This document shows positions 52,735-64,000 of a stretch of DNA of 64,000 bases, one piece after another. The stretch is taken from assembly GCF_006345805.1 (NCBI RefSeq), contig NC_043005.1, positions 48,298,001-48,362,000 on the forward strand, written 5' to 3'. The DNA comes from Octopus sinensis. Lineage: Eukaryota. The position numbers and the translations under genes were made by a program. How positions within the stretch are numbered: the first letter of the stretch is position 1; the number at the start of each line of letters is the position of its first letter. The notes under the pieces were generated by a model. That model ran no database searches. It was not told where the DNA came from and worked only from the letters and a program-made list of their open reading frames with translations.

Positions 52735-52781
<47 letters not shown>

Positions 52782-52794
52782 ATATATATATATT

Positions 52795-52828
<34 letters not shown>

Positions 52829-52946
52829 ATCCTAGTGGATACCGTGTTCGCCTTGTTCTCCTCATCTTTATGAACTTTATATATATATGTACATATATAT
52901 TTAATACACCCCCACACATATATATCTAGGCTTACATATTTCATGC

Positions 52947-52980
<34 letters not shown>

Positions 52981-53820
52981 GTATGTATTTATGTGTGTGT
53001 GTATATATATGTATATATGCAAGAATCATACATATAATTTATATACGTATGTATACATCCATGTATGCGTATATATGTTTTTGTATAACTACACGAATAT
53101 ATTTATACATATTAATATTTATACATTCACACATACATACACATACACGTACATGCACATGCACGCACATGCACATACACGCGCACCAAATATTATTGTA
53201 TCCTATCGTAGATATATAGGTAAGACAAACGGTTTTATTGTTCAATAGCGAACACAGAAAGCATAAAGAAACACTCGGACCATTCTTCACCACCACCACC
53301 GCCACCACCATTCCCACTCCCCTACATTCACGAGTAAAAATCGAAACACAAGCCACATAGAAAACACACATACACACCACACACACACAAAACGACACTC
53401 ACATTTCGATCTTAATGGAAGCATAAAAGACTACAAAGAAACAATGCAGAACATGTCACCAGTTTGTCAACAAAACATAAAGAGACTCCTTATTAAATGT
53501 AGTTGTATGCTAAAGAATCTTTATGTAAGTGCGTTGACATAATATTTCGATCAATTACTAAGCCATGTTTTCTATGTATTTTCTTTTACCATAAAGACAA
53601 AGAAAGCAAACAAACAGCGCCTGTTCAAATAGACCTTTTAGCTGACAGTAAGAAATAAAACTGATTTTATTGTTCTACCGTCAGCAATTTCAATTTATTT
53701 ATCTAGTTAGACGTTATATTTTTTTATTTGTTTTATTATTATTATTATTAATTATTATATTATATTATTATTATTGTTATTATCATTATTATTATTATTG
53801 TTATTATCATTATTATTATA

Positions 53821-53894
<74 letters not shown>

Positions 53895-54496
53895 TATGTA
53901 TTTTTTTTTAATTCTCATTTCATGAGCGATGTGTGGAGGGGAAGGGAAGTTACCGTACTTGGGCACGGAGAGTAAAATGCCAATTGAAAGATTGCATTTC
54001 GTGGGAGTGATAGCTGCTGCTGTTGTTGTTGTTATTGTTGTTGTTGTGGTTGTTGCCACACTGTTCGGCCTTGTTGAAATGTGTTCTAGCCGTGACCATT
54101 CCGTCTTCTTTCATATATATTAGGCTCTACACTGAGCAATGATTCTTCCTTTATCTCGCATTCAAATGGTAGGGAGTGCATGTCGAGGGAGAATTTGTTG
54201 CTATTTCTTGCTAATCAGTTGATTTCATGCAGATGTTCTCGTTAGTTGACATTCGACCGAGGTTGCTATTGTTGTTTTTTCCGTGTTACAATGAGTGATT
54301 AAGTTTGACCTGCAGTTAAAATCATTTCGCTCTGTGTGCGTGGTGTGTGTGTGTGTGTATGCGTGTGTGTATGCGTGTGCGTGTCAGCCTGTGTGTCTGT
54401 GTCAGTTTGTGCCCAGTATGGCTCTCTTTTTCTCTCTCTCACTCTCTATCTAGCGATTAATCTATATCTATTTAGCCATCAATCTATCTATTTAGA

Positions 54497-54699
54497 TAAA
54501 GGAAAATTTACGAAAATAACCAAAAGACGAAGGCAGGTGGTGTACAAACAAACAGATGTATTAGTATAGCGCTCAGAAATAGAAAAAGTCTTTTACGTTT
54601 CGAGCCTACGCTCTTCTACAGAAAGGTACACAGAAAAAACAAGGAGAGAAACAAAGAGAGAAAAAATGTGTGTAGTAGCTAACGATCTATTATGGCGTC

Positions 54700-54700
<1 letters not shown>
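54497..54700 (-). mobile_element. Hammerhead-like element (A6U core variant), same family as 40133
   Basis: 54590-54625 minus strand: CUUU CUGUAGA A GAGC-guag-GCUC GAAA C GUA AAAG. Confidence 0.75.
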
Positions 54701-54777
<77 letters not shown>

Positions 54778-55100
54778 CATAGATAGATAGATAGATAGAT
54801 GTCATAAGAATTTAGAAACACCAAGGAGGTAAAATAATACATTTGTTTTAGTGAATAGGGAACCTATAAGGGATAGCTTACAAATATTGGTTTATAAACC
54901 TAGTGCATAGAAAAAATCGAAGGCTCTTTACTGGAGGTCTGGGTTTGTGTTTCGGAGACAGTATTCTACTTTCCTATCCAAGACTCTTTAACTCAGTAGT
55001 TACACGCAATTATTTATAGCATTTTTGCTTCGATATTCACCATTCTTATATATAAGTATGTATATATATATATATATATTATATATATATATATATATGT

Positions 55101-55630
55101 GCGAGCACCCCCCCCCGTCCAATGGACGGTGCTGAATCATATCTGCTGAATATAAAGCAATCAGTGTTTTCTTTTCATTAAAAAAATAATTAAGCAGGCC
55201 TTTATTTCAATAAAATTTTGGGATTTGTTTAACGAAGTTAAGGCAAAAACAAAAAAGCTTCTTGAGAAACCAAATAGTCTTTCTTTCCTTCAAGCGAAGT
55301 TTGAAGAAAATATCTCTTTTGCATCTTACTTTTTTGGTCACTTAAATATTCTGCATTTTGTGGCATTATTTCAAGCCACCCGGCTTTTTTTGCGCTAACT
55401 GCACGGGCACTTTTCTCGCGTACGCGTAGTATCGATCGCAACAGCTGATATAATTGCGCATATAAATGCACGTTCCCACGGCTTTATCGATCATATTCTC
55501 ATGTAATTTTTGCAAGACTTATACACGCTCTGATACCGTCGGTATCTAGATATCAAATTTGAGTGCAATCGGATGGAGGATGCCCGAGATCCTAGAAGAC
55601 ACACAGACAGAACGGATTTTATACAATATA
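55101..55630 (-). mobile_element. Helitron-like non-autonomous element
   Basis: Minus-strand 5' (ta)n taaaatccgttctgtctgtgtgtc; 3' hairpin ccgtcc-att-ggacgg (55115-55129) shortly before a degenerate CTAG-like end. Confidence 0.55.
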
Positions 55631-57347
55631 TATATATATATATATATATACATTTCGTGATTTTTTCGTTTTTGTAATTGGTCTGCAAGATTCGCGATGT
55701 GAATTCGTGTGTTGAAACAAATCACACGCAAGCGCGTGACTTATTGTTATTCGTGCAATAACCCTCTTAAGACACAATAGGCTTTCATGATTTTACCGTA
55801 GCCTAAAAGCTACACACATGCACTAAGTATGTGACATCGATAATGTTAACATTATTAGAAATGCTTATAACTCAAAACTTGAATTTTATTTTACTTGAGC
55901 AGAGCTGTTGCACATCAGTATATAGATTTTATGCTATCGGTATATACTTCAGATATATATAGATTTTACGCTATTTGTATATAATTCAGATATATGCAGA
56001 TTTTTTGCTATGTATATACCTCGAATTCGTTTTTCTGGCTGAATCAAGAATATGGTACCGATGAGCGAAAATAACTGCAAAATATCGATATATTTCGTTC
56101 TCATTAACCACCGGACCGATTCGTTTCACCTGGCTTTGAACGCTCTTCGTCTTTAAAGGAACTACCCAGAGACGAAATACCTCAGCCTGAAAGCGTTTTA
56201 CAACAAATCTACATTTCTTATATGACGTTGATAATATTTCGTGATTAGTATGAATTAGGGTCTGCAGTTTATATTTGGCCTGAGCCTATTACTAGCTATG
56301 CATGAGTATACTTACAACCATTTGGATTTAACTCTGAAGAGTTCATAGCTTTAGGGATAGACATAATGCATGTGCCGACATGATGCGAACCTTCAAACTT
56401 TCGACCGGTAGTTATATAAATGAGAAAACAAATAAATTTCTTACTTGGAGGAGAGATAAATCTGACACTAGAATTAAATTTACGGACTTGTATTTCTTAT
56501 AACCGTCAACTACAGAAAGTATGATAGGTTTTTATATTGATTGGTACATACTTAGTGAAAATATAGTCTTTCTTTTTACAATTCCTTAGAGAATAACTTT
56601 CTTTAAAATAGTTGCTGTAGTCGTCGTCGTTGTTGTTATTGTTGTTGTTGTGTAACCCATATCGTCTCTGCTCAAGCATACTTATGATATGGATGTAACC
56701 AATCAAATCCTGCCCTAAAATTGGTTTCTTACATTGGGACGAGGCTTCAAATTTATATGAGTTGCGAAATGAGTGTTGGCGACATTAATAACTTTTTCAA
56801 TATTATTTATTACCTAAGTGAAATGATACAGTTATAACTCAGAATTGAAATCAATTTATGGACTCGTCTATCGTGGAGTTTATTTCTAGCCTTACAGTTC
56901 TCGATTGTATTAGCCCTAACATTAATAACTACTTAACGTAATGGCAAACCGATTCGTTATCTGTAACACAGGGAGTTACCCGTGACTTGTAGCAGTGTCC
57001 TATCCCATTCAGCACGTACGTTTACTTATTAGTGATTATGTTGTTTGTATTCAGTGGTCACGTTGTTGAGTACTATCAAACATAAATGAAAGAGAAGGAG
57101 TAAAAAAAAACAAAAAACCTTCTCTTCCAAATTTTCTTTTCACAGTTTCTAACTTCTTTTGAGAATTGTTCAGAGGCGTGGATATGTGATAAGAACCTTG
57201 CTTCCCAACCACATGGTTCCGAGTTCAGTCCCACTGCCTAACACCTTTAGCAAGTGTCTGTTACTATAGCCTCGGGGGGGGCCGACCAAAGTCTTGGGAC
57301 TGGATTTGTTAGACGGAAACTGAAGGAGGCCCGTCGTATATATATAT

Positions 57348-57386
<39 letters not shown>

Positions 57387-57508
57387 GGAGAGAGAGAGAG
57401 AGAAATTCGGGGTGAGTACTTGATAATTATAAGCACCTGTGTATACCGTTTGGTGGTGTAGGTGGTGGAGTAAATTGATCAAAATAAAAACATGATGCGA
57501 AGGATTCA

Positions 57509-57587
57509 GCGGTACATATGTTTCGGGGCCTTTATTAGACAGATTTATAACAATGCATAATGTATGTCTGTGGCCTTCTTCAGCCGC
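57509..57587 (-). ncRNA. Type-I hammerhead with extended stem II
   Basis: GCGG CUGAAGA aGGCC...GGCCcc GAAA CAUAU GUA CCGC; palindromic ACAUAUGU stem III. Confidence 0.7.
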
Positions 57588-58587
57588 GCACACACAGCTT
57601 CCACAAGGACATGTGTTACATCAAAAATTCTTGGTTGGGGATGCAAATCCTCTCATTCGCGTACGACATAATGCGGCAGCAGCATAGAATTGAAGCGTCC
57701 ATCTCTTTCTTCTCTCAATGTAGAATGAGGAAAATTGGATGTTGAAGTAATGTAAATAAATAAATACATATATAGACGTGAAGATGGAGGGGCGAGAATT
57801 CAGGACGAGGGATAAAAAATGTATAAAAAGTGTAAGTGTGGGTGTGTGTGTGTTTATGTACATGTTTACACGTGTGGGTGTGTGTGTGTTTATGTACATG
57901 TTTACACGCGAGTGCGTGTGTATGCTTATAGGCTTGGAGGCGTATATGTACGCGTGTATATGGGTGTATGTATCCATGATGATATGTATGTACTAGAAGT
58001 CCAATTAATTCAAGGAACCAGATTAAACGCTCAACAGCTCTGATTTACAACACATTAGGTCCCCAGACGAAACTGTTGATTTACTGACAATTCTACAACT
58101 AAATTTTATCAATCTCCTGACCACCATACTTGGTCCGTAACCTCTACACATCCCTTATCTTTACATTTTTTACATTTTTATCATGTTTTTTTACTTTTAT
58201 TTCTATTTCTATTTTTACTTTATAACCTTATCCTTTACATTTATTTATATTCTTTATATTCTTTATATTCTTTATACCCCCTTTACATCTCCTTATACCT
58301 CTTTATATCTTTATGCTCTACATTTTTATATTTTTCTATACTTACACTTTTTATACATTTTTTATCCCTCGTCCTGAATTCTCGCCCCTCCATCTTCACG
58401 TCTATATATGTATTTATTTATTTACATTACTTCACATCCAATTTTCCTCATTCTACATTGAGAGAAGAAAGAGATGGACGCTTCAATTCTATGCTGCTGC
58501 CGCATTATGTCGTACGCGAATGAGAGGATTTGCATCCCCAACCAAGAATTTTTGATGTAACACATGTCCTTGTGGAAGCTGTTGTGC

Positions 58588-58665
58588 GCGGCTGAAGAAG
58601 GCCACAGACATACATTATGCATTGTTATAAATCTGTCTAATAAAGGCCCGAAACATATTTACCGC
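58588..58665 (+). ncRNA. Type-I hammerhead, G16.2U variant (UUA triplet)
   Basis: As for 57509-57587 but GAAACAUAUUUACCGC. Confidence 0.55.
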
Positions 58666-58738
58666 TGAATCCTTCGCATCATTTTTTTATTTTGATCAAT
58701 ATATATATATATATATATATTATATATGTATGTATGTA

Positions 58739-58772
<34 letters not shown>

Positions 58773-58779
<7 letters not shown>

Positions 58780-59160
58780 AAAGGGCTTAGTAAAATAAAT
58801 TACTTTGCCGCATACTGAACTCATTAGAAATAGCAGCTAAAAAACTTTTTTAAAACTATTTCTAATACTTAAAGAAAATCTCTCTCATATATAGTGTTTG
58901 CTTAATTCAACTCACAAAAGTTGTGAGTTGAATTAAGCAACACTATATATGAGAGAGATTTTCTTTAAGTATTAGAAATAGTTTTAAAAAAGTTTTTTAG
59001 CTGCTATTTCTAATGAGTTCAGTATGCGGCAAAGTAATTTATTTTACTAAGCCCTTTTATATAATGTAATAATTTGAATTCGCCTTGAATGGTCCCTTTG
59101 CATACTGAACACTTGGTGAAATTGATTAATAATTAATTAATTTTGCCCTCAATTGTTGAA
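58773..59160 (+). mobile_element. Element with a near-perfect 292-bp fold-back palindrome plus a unique 3' extension
   Basis: Arms 58773-58917 and 58921-59064, loop aag, one indel; flanked by (TA)n. Confidence 0.75.
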
Positions 59161-59162
59161 AT

Positions 59163-59197
<35 letters not shown>

Positions 59198-59217
59198 ATA
59201 TGTATATATATTATATA

Positions 59218-59253
<36 letters not shown>

Positions 59254-59285
59254 TGTATGTATGTATGTATGTATGTATGTATGTA

Positions 59286-59321
<36 letters not shown>

Positions 59322-59369
59322 TGTATGTATGTATGTATGTAGGCATGTGTATATTTATGAGTGTGTGTC

Positions 59370-59590
59370 TTTGCGTCTGTGATTGTCCTCTCATTTTCGC
59401 TTGAAAACCGATGTAGGTGTGATGGTGTGATTGTACCCTGTAATTTAGCGCTTCGGCAAAAGAAATCGATAGAATAAGTACTAGGCTTACAAAGAATACG
59501 TCCTAGTGTCAAATTATTCGATTGAAACCCATTCCGATGGTGCTCCAGCATGGTTGCAGTCAAATGACTGTAGCGTGTAAAAGAATAAAA
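59370..59590 (+). mobile_element. SINE B 3' half
   Basis: gatagaataagtactaggcttacaaagaat...ggtgctccagcatgg. Confidence 0.7.
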
Positions 59591-60353
59591 GACTAAAAGA
59601 ATGTTAAAAGTCCGATGTCTGGTGTTCTTCAGATTAAATTTCTCCAATTTGGTTAATATTTTCTTGGTTTCTTGGTATCCCTCTACTGTAATGATTTTTG
59701 AAACGGTGCAACAGGATACGCTAATAGAGTGAGAGTCTTACACACGCACAACACACACCACCACACACATATATATATATATATATATATTTAATATTAT
59801 ATTATATATATGTAGGTCCCGGGTTGAGTCGGGGTTAACCACAGTAAATAAGGTACTCAATACATAGCAGAGTAAATTAATTTATTTTATACAAAGAGCT
59901 TCTACAGGACTAGAACTGTTTCATTCAAATGAAATCATATATATATATATATATGCACTCACACAAACACACACACATACACACACATATTTAACATGCG
60001 TCTCATATGACGTGTATATGAATACGTATGTATGTATATATGGATGTATGCATATATATACATACATACATACATACATATTAACGTATAATTCGTTGCT
60101 ATTATTCAAAAGTATCGTAAGTCCAAAACGTTGCATTTTCAAAAAACGAAAAAAGTTTTACTAGTCCATAGCAAAACTGTTGTACTACACTTTGACAATT
60201 TTTGATATCTTGGCCTCTGAAGCAGCTGGAGATACGATAGTTTAACCGGTTATTGCAAGCAAAAATAAGTATTGGAAAAAGGTATTTGGCCTAATTTGGA
60301 TATACGACAGTTTAACATAGGAGCAACGATATGTATATATGTATATATACGTG

Positions 60354-60410
<57 letters not shown>

Positions 60411-60450
60411 TATATATATAATTAGTATGTATAAATACACACGCATGTGT

Positions 60451-60521
<71 letters not shown>

Positions 60522-61927
60522 TAATGTCCTCGTGAAAACAGTTCTAATATTCGACCTCTATGTATATAGTAATTTTTCTTTAGTACTTTCAGTTAACTAT
60601 GAAATAAAACTCTACGGTGGATATAACCGGTAGATACAAACATATGAAACTAAATATTCTTATAATGTTGATATTTATTTACTGTACACTAGCTAAGCGA
60701 CATATACTAGGGACATAAATGAAAACGATTGTAGGAAAGAAATGACATCGTTTAAGTTGAAAATATCTCCTAAAAACATGCAGACAAGATTATAACCACA
60801 AATAGCAAGTGATGATAAATTTCGTTCATCTTATACCAATACTCAAAAAATATGCAAACAAAATTGAACAGCAGGATATTTGAAATAATGCGGCATTTAA
60901 TTTCGCATTTATGATCAGTAATTATTTAGATTGGATGTTTTAAAACATTTTTTACTCTAGACAAACGACGTAATTTGAAGTGTTAAATGGCAAAAACCGA
61001 GTGGTATCACTAATTGCTTCAATTTAGTGTTGCTCATCGAGTCAGAACTTAAATCTTTGTTTACCAAATATTCTCCTGTAAATTTATCCTAAACGGGTGC
61101 GCCTTAAATCTCCTGTTGAAATGAGCATATTCGCAAAACATCAAAATATGATTGTCAACAGTGTCGCAAGTTTTGATTGGTTCACACACAAAAAAAAATA
61201 TTCTTCACAAAATGCGTCACATGTTCAAGCACATGCAGCATTTTTTTATTTTGACCTGCGGCATATGTGAGTAGCAGAATTCAATTTTTTTTAATGAAAT
61301 TTCAGCGTCGATGTTTTGGAGTTATAAAAGAAGTTTCAACTTCTAACGAAATAAAAAGACGTTCATCAATCTATATATTGCTTCTCAATTTGTCAAGCAT
61401 TATCAACAAGAAAAGTTACAATCGATGAAAATGGAATGACGACATCTTTTCTGCTATCTCGTTTGAGAATTTCCGTCACAATTAAACGGAAAATATGCCC
61501 CCCCCCCCAAGAGCGATCTAGAAAGCCTTTCTGGAGACACTCGATCTGCTAGAAACAGCAGTTAGATATTTCAGCTAAACCTCAAGAGTCTTAAAAACGG
61601 GAAGGACACACTGGATAATGCTCTCTTAAATAGTTCTGGCTACACAAAAACAAGCATAGACTAATATATGTTCGTTTATCTTAAAGTGAAATGAAAATTA
61701 ATTTTGCTATTTCAGATGGGTTCTTGCTTCGAGGAAGTATTGTGAAATGTGAAGCCCACAGTGTAAAATGTGAAATATTTATCATATAATGTGAAGCATG
61801 ACGTATCGTTAAATATGAAGTACATATCTTAAATTATGAATATAACATGAAGATATGTGTTGTAAAAGGAAAGAAAAATACGAAGTGAAATATATATCGT
61901 GGAATAGGTGGTGTGTATATATAATAC

Positions 61928-61988
<61 letters not shown>

Positions 61989-62629
61989 TGAAATGTGAAA
62001 TTATATCGTGAAATATGAATATATATATAACGTGAAATGTGAAGTCGATCGTCTGATACATCTAATCTATCTCTCTCATTCGCACCAGCACTATGCTTTG
62101 GGAAAGATTCTACAACCAGTTTGATTTGCATCCAAAGCAGTGTTATTTTATTTCTTGTAGTGCGCTGTTGTTTTTATTATTTTAGTTTAGCAGATAATGG
62201 GATTCGATCACGCAGATAACTCACTATCAAATGGAATATTTTAAAAGAATTAATGTCGGAATACGTAACAGATAAATCTCTAGAAATTGATGAAGCGTAA
62301 CTGTACAGTATGGCCGTTCTATAATTTGAAGATAAATTAGTTTATTTTGGCATCATCAATATAGAAAATTCTATAGAAATTCCCGAACCAACAAGTAAGA
62401 GTCTACGTGGTCTCTCTAACTGCTAAAAATAGCTGCCAGCTTTTCTTTAAACTGTACTCAACTAGCTTAAAAGAAGATATATTGAATAATGTAGCTTTCT
62501 CGTGGTAGTTGGGTGCTGTGAGATTTGGAAAATGTTGTGGAATTAAGAAGATTGTAAAAATTTTTTAATTTGTCGAACATTATAACGAAGAGAGCTGCAT
62601 ATGTTTGTCATTAATACATTTTAAATCTT

Positions 62630-62844
62630 TTATCGTTTACTTGTTTCTACGACCATGCTGGGGCACCGCCTTGAAGAATTTTAGTCGAACGAATCGACCC
62701 AGGTACTTATTAATTTATTTTTAAACCCGATCCTTATTCTATCGGTGTCTTTTGCTGAATCGGTAGGTTACGGGGGATGTAAGCACACCAACGGCGGTTG
62801 TCACGCCGTGGTGGGCAAGACACACACACGCACACACAGACACA

Positions 62845-62895
<51 letters not shown>

Positions 62896-63465
62896 TATAT
62901 AACTATAAACAAACTAAAGTTTGTTTTTCTATGAGCGTCGAAATGCGTATTGTAAGATACAAATAAGATGATGATATATTGTCGAACGCAGAGACGCCGT
63001 TAGAACAGCAGAAATATTAGGTAATTTACCCTTACAAAGCGGAAAAATTGGGTCCATTGCTGGTTGGTTGTTGACAAATTTTTCCGTTTTGTAAGGGATA
63101 TTTACCCAATATTTCTTCTGATCTAACGTTTTCTCTGCATTCAAATATAAATTATCATTTTATTTGTATCTGATATATGTATATATATATAATATATATA
63201 TATATAATATATATATTATATATATATTCGTCTTCTAAGTGTTTTGCATTCTTGTCCCAGTTTGTATTTTTCTACATATAATAATAATAATATATACATA
63301 TATATATATGACAGACTTCTTTCAGTTTCTGTCGCCCAACTTCACTCACATGGCTTTGGTCAGCTCGGAACTATAATAGAAGACACTTGCTTAAGGTACC
63401 ACGCAGCGTGATTGAGCCTAGAACCATGTAGTTGGGAAGCAAACTTCTTATCCTGCAGCCACATC
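62630..63465 (-). mobile_element. SINE B pieces (3' half 62630-62830; 5' half 63310-63465)
   Basis: Degraded matches to the B copies elsewhere in the window. Confidence 0.6.
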
Positions 63466-63687
63466 TAGACGGAAAATAATATTCTCCCAACATTTTGGTG
63501 AAGACCGCTTGAGAACTAATTGTGAAGGGAGAAGAATTTTTGGAGAGAAAACAATTAAAAGAAGCTATTAAAAAAAAAAACTGATCTCATGAAAGGCAAA
63601 CGACGACAATCTATTTGTTCGAACTTACTTTTGCTATACACGTTTCAGTGTGTTCGTGGGTATATGTAAATTTGGTTTCATAGTTAC

Positions 63688-63738
<51 letters not shown>

Positions 63739-64000
63739 CAGTAGTAGTAGTTGCAGTAGCAGTAGCATTCTTTAGTTTCCTCGGTCCTGATCAGGCAGAT
63801 ATGAGCAACAGCAAGCGCTCCTGCCAATGTAACTCTGTCCATTTATACTCTCGGGGGGCTATACTTATGCATTCAAGCTAGTGTAATGTACTTTGAGGGA
63901 GATTTGGCTGTTACTGCTGCAATCGTAAAATCCCCACATGCACAATATCTGTGTTTTATGCTGGAAGACATGCTCTATACCTTCTATAAGTTTAAACTCT

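Larger units (their letters stand above)
52317..52735 (+). mobile_element. Penelope-LTR-like element with a fold-back 5' end (338-bp palindrome)
   Basis: Arms 52317-52484 and 52487-52654, 2-nt loop, one indel; flanked by (TA)n. Confidence 0.8.
57474..58700 (+). mobile_element. 5'-truncated Penelope-like element: inverted pLTR + ORF 3' stub + pLTR
   Basis: Inverted arms 57474-57837 and 58340-58700, each with a hammerhead; spacer contains LEVQLIQGTRLNAQQL* (stop at 58043), resembling the GIY-YIG C-terminal ExxLI...LN motif. Confidence 0.7.

Noticed and set aside
56328-56360. CTGAAGA motif (also CTGATGA at 17469)
   Set aside because: No stem II/GAAA partner; chance match or part of a Helitron.
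59890-59938. Minus-strand ttc-attt-gaa-tGAAACAG as the 3' half of a hammerhead
   Set aside because: The CUGANGA half is replaced by (TA)n; too incomplete to call.

Overview
Eukaryotic, AT-rich, microsatellite-saturated DNA. The SINE families resemble those I associate with octopod cephalopods (Octopus); this is from recall, not a search. I found no intact protein-coding gene, rRNA, true tRNA or CRISPR array. Most ORFs in the supplied track are translations of (TA)n/(CA)n/(TATG)n/(TAG)n repeats. The window reads as intergenic or intronic DNA built from transposable elements: more than 40 tRNA-derived SINE copies (working labels A, B, C/E, D), dead LINE fragments (RTE, two R4/Dong-type, CR1-group), a deleted mariner, a hAT relic, Helitron-type elements and MITEs. 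Three observations stand out. (1) Seven type-I hammerhead or hammerhead-like motifs sit in short elements with Penelope-type architecture, including a near-perfect 338-bp palindrome and a ~360-bp inverted repeat with a ribozyme in each arm, and a mobile mini-element whose core carries a non-canonical A6U change. (2) SINE A forms head+(body)n multimers through one recurrent junction, which suggests it inserts into itself. (3) SINE heads and tails are shuffled as modules, and the SINE B tail matches the 3' end of a CR1-group LINE in the same window.
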